Shown: piece after piece, positions 43,192 to 54,403 of the stretch
Numbering within the stretch: the first letter of the stretch is position 1
How the letters are laid out: every line of letters starts with the position of its first letter
Origin: Eledone cirrhosa
Lineage: Eukaryota
DNA length: 64,000 bases
NCBI GenBank assembly: GCA_964016885.1
Contig: OZ024740.1
Span: forward strand, 328,848,001-328,912,000
Direction of reading: 5' to 3'
Program-made: the position numbers and the translations under genes
Notes under the pieces: model-generated
Told to the model about the DNA's origin: nothing
Databases searched by the model: none
What the model saw: only the letters and a program-made list of their open reading frames with translations

Positions 43192-43453
43192 CCGTATTAC
43201 TGTAGTGATGGTGCTGTAGCGGTGGCAGCAGCAGTGAAGGAGTCAGGGGGTGGTGGCGGCGGTGATGGGATAGTGGTGGTAATGATGGCCGTAGTGAGCG
43301 GTGGCGGTGAAGGTGAAAATGCTGTTGTGTTTAGTGTACACAGATGATGGGGTGGGTGGTGTATCTAGTTTCTGGTGTTGGTGAGTTTCGCTGTCCTATA
43401 TAGTGTAGCCAGAGGAGAGGAGGGGGGGGGGGGTTCTTCTTCTTCCATTTATA

Positions 43454-43490
<37 letters not shown>

Positions 43491-43854
43491 GATATACAGT
43501 GTACAATACAAAGTTGAATATTTGAATATTTGAGCCGTATTACTGTAGTGATGGTGCTGTAGCGGTGGCAGCAGCAGTGAAGGAGTCAAGGGGTGGTGGC
43601 GGCGGTGATGGGATAGTGGTGGTAATGATGGCCGTAGTGAGCGGTGGCGGTGAAGGTGAAAATGCTGTTGTGTTTAGTGTACACAGATGATGGGGTGGGC
43701 GGTGTATCTAGTTTCTGGTGTTGGTGAGTTTAGCTGTCCTATATAGTGTAGCCAGAGGAGAGGAGGGGGGGGGGGTTCTTCTTCTTCCATTTATAGCCAT
43801 TTTTTTTGGATATACAGTGTACAATACAAAGTTGAATATTTGAATATTTGAGCC
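43192..43854. repeat. ~320-343 bp tandem duplication differing in poly(T) length
   Basis: ccgtattactgtagtg...tgaatatttgag twice (starts 43192 and 43535). Confidence 0.93.
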
Positions 43855-43940
43855 TTATAACAATATATTTTGGGTCCGAATTTTTTGGGGCTCAAGCCGG
43901 GTGCTTTACGTAGCATTTGTACTAAGAAAGAGGCAACGAC

Positions 43941-46265
43941 TTGATCCCTGGGGCGGAACAAGCTAAAACATTCTGGAGAAGAATATGGGAGCAGGATGTT
44001 AGACACAATGCCCAGGCAGGGTGGATTGAGACAGTACAGAGGGAGATCGGTGAGCAGGCACAGCAACAGACTGATTTGAGTATCACAGTTGAAACTCTTA
44101 AGGGGCAAGCCAAAAAACTAACCAACTGGAAATCACCAGGCCCAGATGGTGTGCAGGGGTATTGGATTAAACATTTAACATCCCTCCACCCGAAGCTGAC
44201 GGCCATGTTCAATGACTGCTTGGTGTCGGGTGAGGTGCCAGAGTGGTTGACAAAAGGTACCACAGTTCTGATAATGAAAGACCGAATCAAGGGTAATGAT
44301 GTTACCAACTATAGACCTATCACATGTCTGCCCGTAATGTGGAAACTGTTGACGAGCATTGTGTCTGAGGAAATCTACCATCACCTCCACACAAACAACT
44401 TGTTGCCGGACGAACAGAAAGGATGCCGAAAGAAGTCACGTGGTACAAAGGACCAGTTGCTTATTGATAAGATGGTAATGGGGAATTGCAGGAGGAGACA
44501 CACTGATCTTGCCATGGGATGGATAGACTACAGAAAGGCATTTGACATGGTGCCTCATTCCTGGATCACCAAAAGCCTGGAGATCTTCAGGGTGGCAGAT
44601 AACATCAGACAGTTGCTGGGCAGGAGTATGGGGTCCTGGGAGACAGAGTTGACATCAACTGGAGTATCCTTGGGAAGCGTGAAGATCAAGAGAGGTATCT
44701 TCCAGGGAGATAGCCTGTCCCCTCTGTTGTTTGTCCTTGCCCTGATGCCCTTGACCATTATGCTGCGAAAAGTGAGAGCAGGATACAAGTTGGGAAGGGG
44801 AGAGCTTACCATCAATCACCTCCTCTTCATGGACGATCTTAAGCTCTTCGGGAAAAGTGAGAAGGAGTTGGATGTGCTTGTTGACACTGTCCGTATTTTC
44901 AGCAGTGATATATGTATGCAGTTTGGTATTGGTAAATGTGGAGTCATTGTGATGAGGAGGGGTAGGTTGAGCAGAAGTAACGGGATCCAGATACCAACAG
45001 GTGAGATGATAAAGGAAATTGACTCTGAGGAAGGATACAAGTATTTGGGCGTTCTGGAGGCTGATGGCATAAAGAACAAAAAAATGAAGGAATTGTTAAG
45101 AACTGAATACATTCGGAGAGTAAGGAGCGTATTGAAGTCACATCTGAACAGCAGAAATGCCATAAGCGCAGTAAATTCCCGAGCTGTGTCTATTATTAGG
45201 TACAGTGCGGGAATTCTGAGATGGAATGTTGCTGAACAAAAAGAAATGGATAGGAAGACTAGGAAGCTATTGACTATCTACAACATGTTCCACAAGAGGA
45301 GTGATGTCGATAGACTCTACCTAAGGAGATCTGAGGGTGGAAGAGGTCTTATCAGCATAGAGGACTGTGTTCAGATGGAGAAAAACAACCTATACAAATA
45401 CGTGACCTATAGTAAGGAGCCAATGCTCAGAGCTGTACTGAAGGAGGGGACAGTAGGCCAGGGGATACCCAAGGAGGAAATAACATCAAGGAGGAAGAGC
45501 AGCCTTAAGGGAAAATCCCTTCATAGTACCTTCTTTGAGAAAACTGAATTTAGAGATCCACAGACATGGAACTGGTTGAGAAGAGGAGACCTCAAAAAGG
45601 CTACAGAAGGAATGCTAATGGCTGCGCAGGAGCAGGCCCTCAAAACGAAGTGGTTGAAGCACCATATCTACAAGGAGGAGGCTAGCCCACTGTGCAGGAT
45701 CTGTGGAGAGAGAGAGGAGACTGTGGCTCACATTGTGTCCGAGTGTAAACACCTAGCCCAGACCCACTATAAGGGCTGGAGACACGATGTGATGGGCAGG
45801 GTGATCCACTGGCACCTGTGCAAAGTAAACAATCTACCACATTCTGAGAAATGGTATGAGCATAGGCCAGAGGCGGTGATGGAGAACAGTCAGGTGAAGG
45901 TGCTGTGGGATTTTAGGATACAGACGGACAAAAAACTGGAGCACAATAGACCTGACCTGGTGGTTGTGGACAAAGAAAAAAGATCGTGCCTGATTGTGGA
46001 TGTGGCCTGCCCGTTCGACACGAGAGTGCAAGAGAAGGAGAGGGAGAAAATTAACCGATACCAGGACCTAAAGTGGGAGGTGAAAAGGATTTGGAACTGC
46101 CATGAAGTCAAAGTGATCCCGATTGTCATAGGCGCACTGGGGACTATCTCCAAAGGTTTCCAGGGATGGTTAAAGAAAATCGGCCCCTTCACGCTTTTTG
46201 GAACGCTTCAAAAGGCATGCTTGCTGGGAACAGCAAGAACCCTCCGATACGTCCTGAATATCTGA
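43941..46265 (+). CDS. R4/Dong-type LINE RT + CCHC finger + restriction-like endonuclease (open frame; element spans 43924-46340 then (TAA)n)
   Basis: NYRPITCL, DYRKAFDMVPH, GIFQGDSLSPLLF, FMDDLKL, YKYLG, CRICGEREETVAHIVSEC, RHD, HNRPDLVVVD..IVDVACP..EKINRY. Confidence 0.96.
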   Translation: MIPGAEQAKTFWRRIWEQDVRHNAQAGWIETVQREIGEQAQQQTDLSITVETLKGQAKKLTNWKSPGPDGVQGYWIKHLTSLHPKLTAMFNDCLVSGEVPEWLTKGTTVLIMKDRIKGNDVTNYRPITCLPVMWKLLTSIVSEEIYHHLHTNNLLPDEQKGCRKKSRGTKDQLLIDKMVMGNCRRRHTDLAMGWIDYRKAFDMVPHSWITKSLEIFRVADNIRQLLGRSMGSWETELTSTGVSLGSVKIKRGIFQGDSLSPLLFVLALMPLTIMLRKVRAGYKLGRGELTINHLLFMDDLKLFGKSEKELDVLVDTVRIFSSDICMQFGIGKCGVIVMRRGRLSRSNGIQIPTGEMIKEIDSEEGYKYLGVLEADGIKNKKMKELLRTEYIRRVRSVLKSHLNSRNAISAVNSRAVSIIRYSAGILRWNVAEQKEMDRKTRKLLTIYNMFHKRSDVDRLYLRRSEGGRGLISIEDCVQMEKNNLYKYVTYSKEPMLRAVLKEGTVGQGIPKEEITSRRKSSLKGKSLHSTFFEKTEFRDPQTWNWLRRGDLKKATEGMLMAAQEQALKTKWLKHHIYKEEASPLCRICGEREETVAHIVSECKHLAQTHYKGWRHDVMGRVIHWHLCKVNNLPHSEKWYEHRPEAVMENSQVKVLWDFRIQTDKKLEHNRPDLVVVDKEKRSCLIVDVACPFDTRVQEKEREKINRYQDLKWEVKRIWNCHEVKVIPIVIGALGTISKGFQGWLKKIGPFTLFGTLQKACLLGTARTLRYVLNI

Positions 46266-47197
46266 GGCTGCAGGTAGTGGCTTGATATTCAATCCAACGG
46301 ACTTTCCAGTTAACCAACATCAATGACTGAGATTCAAGGAATAACAATAACAATAATAATAATAATAATAATAATGGTTTCTTTCATTTTATTATTAACA
46401 ATATAATGATATAGGAATCCCAAGAGAAATATAACTACAAATATACTATAGAAAACAAATGCATATAAAATTATACGGAAAACAATTTCCAGGAAAAATA
46501 GTTTCGAATTTATGGCGGAAAATTGCGATCAGTGAAAGCTAAATAAGAATTAGGGAAACGAGTAAAAATGTGTAGAAAATTGAAATACCGATGTAATTTA
46601 ATGTCATAGTAATAATTTAAAACGTACATTTTTTTTCTAGGAAATTTCTTTTAGGTTTTTCTTTAAAGATTTTAAAGTGCCAAGTGAGATATTAGGAAGA
46701 GAGATTACATATATGGCATATCTGCTTCAATGGCAAGAAAGAAAAGAAAAATATGTTGATGATATTGGATGGATTAACTTTTATGAATAAATTAGAATTA
46801 AGAAAGTTTGTAGAGGGATGGTTAAGTAACGTAATTCGATTAAGAACGATGCTTATTTTCGTTGACGTTTGTGAAATAGTTTAAATCATTCGAAGTTCAT
46901 TATTACTGTTACTGGTGAGCCAAGGAGGGATCAGCCACGTGATGCTCAATCTTCTGAAAATAGTGGTTAAATATGGCTGAAATACTACCCTAACGCACTT
47001 CATAAATACGCATCATATAATCAGATTCAACATACCTTAAAATGACAGGACAATCGCGACCTAAATACGATTGGTTATATCTGCTCGATGACGGTCGATC
47101 AGAGTTAAGACAACAATATCAGATATTACTGGCATTGCAATGTTGCAAATATCTCTGGTGATTAAAGCACAATACTATCTCCCTCCCCCCCTCTCTC

Positions 47198-47261
<64 letters not shown>

Positions 47262-47989
47262 GGTTGCAGTGAAGAATAGTTACGCGACATTTTCCGGCTT
47301 TATTACATTCAATATATAGGAGTGTAATCAAGAACAACGTTCGAAAAATGCGGTACACAGGTGACATTGTAACGCACTTACCGCATAGTGCTACACCTGA
47401 AATGAAAGTACTATGTTACATCTAAACTTAAGCTACACAAAAGTCAGCATTATATATTGCATCACATGTAAACCTTTAATAAACGTTTACTTTTGCTTAC
47501 CATTAACCACCCCAGGGTGACAGGTATTTTCATTTACTGCAGGGCATAGTACTATAGGAAATATAGAACAATGAAGCATATTTGCCCCCAGGTTTGAATG
47601 AACGTTCTTTCTTTATCTCTTTATAATAACCAATATTTCTATATGTGCCTTATAGAGAATGTTCTGTGATAATATTTCTATTCTTATTTTTAGGAATATA
47701 TAAGAACGGATTTATGTGTGTGCGAGAAAATCCTAAATAGTAACATATATTTCACCATCTGTATGTATGTTCTGGTTTTATAATTTAACAAAGTTTTACC
47801 AATAAAGAGAGAGTCGGTTTCTAACAGAGATACAAGACTCTCTCATTGGAATTTACACAACATCAACTAGGTAGATATGTATGTATGCATGTGTAGATAT
47901 GGATGTTATTGTATGTGTGGATGTGGATGTTTTGAGTTGTATGTGTGCATGTGTATATGCTTCGCATCTGTACATGTATATATGCAGTT

Positions 47990-50900
47990 ATTAGATGCAA
48001 AATATGCAGTTATTAGATGCAGAATGATTTACATATTTTTACTGTTCCATTAATGGATTGTACTTGTAATTTCCTAACTAGTTGTGTTCTTTCTGTTCCT
48101 GTGAAGCCTAGCTTCTCAAGATTTGTATTGAGGCATTAATAACATACCACAGGGCCCCAATAATCACAGGCATAAATCTGAAGGTGTAATCAGGGTGGAG
48201 TATCTGCAGATTTCTCATTAGTTCTGCATAAATATTCTCCTTTTAACTAATCTTTGATATTATATTGGCATCTGCTGGGCAGCTAATTTCCACTACTGTG
48301 CATGCTTTCTTCACCCTGTCCCATATCATAATATCTGGTCTGTTATGCCTGCATTTTATTGGGGTTTTTACTGGAACATTCCAACAGTACTCTTTTATAT
48401 TATGCACATGGATGTCTTCCACATTGCTGTAGCTTTTAATGTGTTGATTATCGGGGCTATCTTTTTTACGAACTGCATTGTACAGTGTTTTGGCCACTAC
48501 ATCATGCCTTATAGGTAGATAGTACCGCGATGGGTGATATCCTCGATGTTAGTTTTGCAGAGTCTCCACTTGTTATCACATCTAGGTGTTTTGCCTGCAT
48601 CCCTATCTCTTTTGTGAATCAGGTATTTCGTGTTAATCTCCTGTTCTTGGATTGCAAAAGCGTATCCTTGAAAGAGGGAGCCAATATAGCGGTTGTTGGT
48701 CCAGGATAGAATACTTTTCTTATCTATATTACTCTCACTCTGGAGCTTCCTGGCAACATATCCATGCATGATCTTTTGCTGATAAGTATGCAGTTTTTCA
48801 TCCATGGATTCACTGCGATACTGCTGAGCGACTTCCCTGGGTGTGAGTTTTTGATTATCACACAGGAAATATCTAAGGAGGAGTTCCTTCCCAACTCTCA
48901 TGATCTTATCTGTTTCATGCAGATAGACTTGTTCGAGAAACGGGCTCCTACGCTTCGAGGGTCGTAGATGTTGTCGGAGAGATATGATGCGACATTCAAA
49001 TATTGTCTGGACTGATGTTAGGCCTCTGCCTCCCTGCTTACGTTTCAAGTAAAGGCGGTCTATGTCACTGTTGATGTGGAAGTTTCCGGTGTTGTTTAGT
49101 ATTTTTTGAATTCCAACATCGACTGCTCGGATTTCGTCTATCGTCCAATTGAGTATTCCAAACGTTGGTGTTAGGACAGACACAGCAAACACATTGTGAG
49201 CCACTATTTGGTTTTGCGCAGAGAGTTCCGATGACCAGATCTTTCTTAATCGGGTGTAGTATTCCCTGGTTATGCGTTCTTTATTACAGATATCATTATA
49301 GGATATGTTCTCATCTATCCCCAGGAATCTGCAGCAGTCCTCATCAGATATCGGTGAAACAGTTAGGGCATTGCTGACAATGTTGCTAGATTGGGTTGTT
49401 GTTTTCCCCCGCTTTACAGTCATGTATGAGCATTTATCTTGGCCAAACTCCATTCCTATATCCTTTGAGAACTTTGTAACCAGGTCAAGATTTTTCTTCA
49501 TTCCATCCATGTTCTTTGCATAGAGTTTCAGATCGTCCACAAAGAAATTATGGGTTAGGTTCGTATTTCTGTCCTCCTGTGAACCATTTCTGTCCTCCTG
49601 TGAGCCATTTCTTGAGCAGAAAGAACAAGGGGTTTAATGACAAGATGAATAATATCACAGAGAGACTGTCCCCCTGAAATATACCCACCCCTGCAATATT
49701 TTATTTTATCAGTGAAAATATAGTCCTCCCTCTCTGCCTTTAACCTTAGGATAGTAGCCCAAGAAGAAGACAGCCTCTCTATGGCTCTGACAATAATGTC
49801 TAGGACTTTAGCAAGTTGGAGGGCCTCTATCATCCAAGAGTGGGGAACGGAATCGAAAGCTTTCTTGTAGGCCAGCCAGACTGTAGCCATATTCCTCATA
49901 AGTTGTCGCACCTCCGACATCGTAGTTTTGTTGATTAGGAGTTGTTCAGCACATCCCTAAACCCCTTTCTTTCCAGCTGCTTGTTCATCTCTGATGATGT
50001 TATTATTTTCACAGTGAGCTTGGAGGAATAGGTTCAGGCAGGCTGTATACATCTTATACATCAAGTTCTGCCATTCAATTGGTCGGTAGTTTTTTGGCAA
50101 GTGGGTGTCTTTGTTCTTGGGGACCAGTAATGTTTGTGCTAATGTCAACCATTCTGGTATAAGTGTATCTCCCTTAAGAACTTGTTGGTAGAGGTCAGTA
50201 AGATACCTCCGATAGAATATCAGTTTTTTTGTACCAGTAGCCGACAATCATGTCTCTTCCTGGTGTTTTCTTATCTTGGAGTTTTCCTATCACATTCTCA
50301 AGGGTACCCTCACTTATTTCGTATGTTTTTGTTGTAGTGTAGGAGCAATAGTTCTTTCGGATTTCTCTTAGCCACACTGTATCTTGGTTGAAATTCTTCT
50401 TTTCACCCATATTTTGCTACAAAAAGAATCTGTCTTTCTGGGATGGGGCCTCAGTGACACTTATTATTTTGTTCTTCATATCTCTATAGACTGATGTTTG
50501 GTTTCGTCTGAATCTTTTATTAAGCACTTTTCTCTCATCTACCTTCTTCAGGTATCGGCGTTTTTCGCTAACAGCTCACAATTCTTGTTTGAGGGTTATC
50601 AGCTTATATTGGAGAGTTCTGGTTCTACTGTTACCAAACATCGTCTCTATTTTATTTTTCACTCTTTGTTGGTGAGGAGTGAGGTATTTTTGTGTTTGTT
50701 TGCATGTAAGGAGCATTGTCACATATCCTATGTTTTTTCGTAGGTGAGCAATCTTTTTTTCTATTTTAGTTATATATGATGGTATTTTTGGTGGTGATCT
50801 GTTCTTGTTAATATCTCTGTTATCATCAAGATAATGCTTCACTGTCGTTGCTAAGGCATATAAACAGGCGTTGATTTGCCAAAATGTTGGGGTTTTTATC

Positions 50901-51110
50901 TGTCGTAAATATTCATCTCCTACTTCGTCAATAACACGTAATATTTCATTATTTATTTATTTATTTTTTTTTTTTTTTTATTAAACATTGTCGTTTTAAT
51001 ACGTTCAGCAAGAGAGATATTTATACATGAATTAATTTCTCTCTGGAAGATTTCGTTGAGGGAAAATTTCAATTGTTTATACTTTTGATTATTATCATTA
51101 TCGATAGTAA
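47990..51110 (-). mobile_element. Degraded R4/Dong-like LINE of a second family
   Basis: KTPGRDMIVGYW, NYRPI, YKKAFDSVPHSW, FVDDLKLYA, DIDRLYLKRKQGGRGL, HNRPDIMIWD..VVEISCPAD. Confidence 0.9.
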
Positions 51111-51469
51111 TATAAATTTAAAAAATAATATATAAATTAACAATATAACTTACCAAAACGAGAAAAATATTTTGATGATAAACGACGAAATACAGGAGGA
51201 AGATTCGATTGCGAAACGATAAATAAACGTGCAAACAAAGTGGCGGATGCTTTTGAGCAACAATTACTCTCATTGGTTGATTAACCAATAAGACGATACA
51301 ATACAAAAGATATTTGGCAGGGACCACCACGGCCAGCGAAACCCCTTGAATTTTTTCTTCACAAGCTACGCATATATGTCAGACATGCAGACTTAAAATA
51401 TTCTGTTGTTAGTCATTGAGTGTCTAACAGATATGTGTTCCACATTGCTTTTCTACGGATTGCATTTTA

Positions 51470-51790
51470 CAGTCTTTTGGCCACTACATCATGCCTCATA
51501 GATAGATAATACCGTGATGAGATCTTTGGACAGCTGCTTATGACAAGGGTGACATCTTCGATGTTAATTATGCAGAGTCTGCATTTGTTATCGCATCTAA
51601 GTGTTTTGCCTGCATTCCTATCTCTTTTCTGAATCAGGTATGTTGTGTTGATTTCCTGTTCTTAGATTGCAAAATTATATCCTTCAAACTGGGAGCCAAT
51701 ATAGCGGTTGTTGGTCCAAAGTAGACAACTTTGCTTATCTATATTCCTCTCACTCTGGAGCTTCCTGGCAACATATCTATGCATGACTTT
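51470..51790 (-). mobile_element. Short fragment of the same second LINE family next to (TATG)n
   Basis: Diverged match to 48485-48780. Confidence 0.8.
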
Positions 51791-52500
51791 TTGTATGTAT
51801 GTATGCATGACTTTTTTGTATGTATGTATGTATGTATGTATGTATGTATGTATGTATGTATGTATGTATGTATGTATGTATGTATGTATGTATGTATGTA
51901 TGTATGTATGTATGTATTTATGTATGTTTGTATGTTTGCATGTATATATGTGTGTACTTGTTTGATATAAATTATAACTTCTGATAAAATTACCTGTTGT
52001 AAAAGTGAAGTTACGCAATTTAGAATTTTCCTGTTTGCATCAAATTTGAATATTACATTGGTCATCGAAAGATTTATCTGGCTTACTGCAGTGTAGCTTC
52101 GTATTAATGAGGTGTATTGTAGTATTTGAACTATATTCTGAATATTAGTATGCGATAATCTCTTCTGACATACTTTGTAATGAGACGTACTCTTCAACGT
52201 CTGCTATCAGGAACGCGTCTGGTGTTCTCTCATCTGAGAGGTGCATTCCCACAAGGGGAAGAGAATTCTTTGCTAATCTCCTAAGCCCAACTCACAATAA
52301 TATCTTCTGATGTATATGAGGCGTATCTGGGAGCGATAAGTAACCTTTCGGAGGCTGAGCTCAATAGAAAAATTAAAGAGATCAAATATATTTCGGGCTC
52401 TCATTTGTGGCCTAGATCCCTGGAAAGACATCTAAGAAATGGCAACTGGGAATTATAATTCAAATTTTGAAAGAGTGAGACAAGAGAGCGAATGTTCTAA

Positions 52501-52539
52501 TCTATATATATAAAACTGAGGATGTGTGTGTGTGTGTGT

Positions 52540-52594
<55 letters not shown>

Positions 52595-53071
52595 AATCCC
52601 TAAAACTCGAGAAGCACCCAACGGCCCGCATTAGGTGAAAAACTGCTTTTTTTCAGCTTTTTAGGATATTTTGAGGCGTCACGTCAGACCGATTTCCTTG
52701 AAATTGTAACTATATATTAGTCAGTCTCTTCTTCATACTGTGAGCAAAGAAAATCCAACTTTTTTATCGCATAGGGCCCGCAGTAGGTGAAACATTTCTT
52801 TCTTTCAGCTTTTTAAAGTTTTTATTGAGGCATTACGTCTGGCCTTTTTTCTAGAAATTTCAAGGCATATTATGCACATAAAGAAATTTATGTGAAAACC
52901 TGCATTTTTCCTGCTTCATCGAGGAAAATCTTAAAGATTATCCAGCCATCAGAGTATTCGGTTTATTTTCTTTACATATTGTCCAGGCATGCAGTTATTC
53001 CACGATTAGGTCTGTTGGCGGCCCGCGTTCCAAAATACCTTATCCCGTGCAACGCCGGGTACCACTGCTAG
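52501..53071 (+). mobile_element. Non-autonomous Helitron with internal (TG)n
   Basis: A|TC start; 3' hairpin cccgtgcaacgccggg followed by CTAG|T. Confidence 0.85.
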
Positions 53072-53085
53072 TAATAGATAATTAT

Positions 53086-54372
53086 CCTTGTTGAGCCTCC
53101 CCGATCTATGCTCAATGTCTGGCAAATTAATGTTGAGAAATTATAGAGTGCAAGCTAGCTGACAAACAACGCGGTTTTCCAGGACGAAGTACAACCGACT
53201 AAATATTCACACTGCAGCGCGTCTTCAATAAATCGTGGGTATAATACCAAGAGGTATATGTTTCTTTTGTAGACCACCAAAATTTCTGTGAAGGCCCTCC
53301 ACAGGACTTGCTGTGGAAGGTTCTGTTGAAGTATTGGTTTGATGTACAGCTTCTTGTTGCCTTTTTGTCTGACGCCTAATAGTGCATTTCCTACTACTTA
53401 TTCGGAAAAATGGATCTAATTAGAAACGATTCAGTTTCGGTGTCGGACACGCCAAGGGTGCGTACTGTCACTTCTATACATAAACTTCACGAAGAGGATT
53501 GACATCCATAGCCGGGCTTAATGTGGTATCAAGAATGGAGTGTGTAGGATCGCTCGACTGGAATTTGCAAACAGCATGGTAATAATTAACTTGACGGAGG
53601 AGATCTCCGACATTCACGTGATAGGAATGCTGCAATGTGCTGTATAGCCGGAATGAAAATCAGTGCTGTGAAAACTGAGACACTGCTACTCACAAGGAAG
53701 CCTGCCCAATGCATTCTACATGTGAGTGGAGTTCCAGTGTAGCAGGTGGAGAAGTTAAAAATATCTCGGGGCCTTGTTCACTAGTGATGGAACGCAGGAG
53801 GCTGAATTAAGTGTAAGAATTGCAGGAACTGGTGCAGCAATATGCCAGCTTCAGCATTCGATAATCAGAATAAGTGAGATAGGGGTAAAAGCCAAACTCG
53901 CTATCTTCAATTCGTTATTTGTGCCGAACCTTACCTGTGATCATGGATCTTGGGTAATGAACGACAGAATACGATCGCGAATACAAGCAGCCGAAATGGG
54001 GTTCCTCTAAAAGGCCTTTCCAGTAACGTTTCTCATTACTCGGTAGAGTGCGTAGCTCGAAAATCAGTTAGCCACTACAATTGACAGTTAAAAGCTCTGA
54101 TAGTACGGATATGTAATCAGAATTTATAAGGAAAGAATCACTGGACAGATTTACAGGCGAAACCAACCATCACGAAACCCAGGGGTAGACCCTGATCTAC
54201 ATGGTGGGTTACATCCATGAACTATGCTGATCACGATTGGGAATCCAACCGGATTATTTGGAGTCTGTGGCATCTAACCGGAGCCGCTGGAAAGCATATT
54301 TGGGGAGTCTGACCCCACAATCTTCCGAGGAATAAGTAAGCGAAGAAGAAGAAGAAGAAGAAGAAGAAGAAG

Positions 54373-54401
<29 letters not shown>
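53086..54401 (+). mobile_element. Degraded RTE-like LINE 3' half with (GAA)n tail
   Basis: GTRQGCVLS, KYLG..FTSDG, KAKLAIFNSLFVPNLT..SWVM..RSRIQAAEMGFL, PRGRP. Confidence 0.85.
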
Positions 54402-54403
<2 letters not shown>

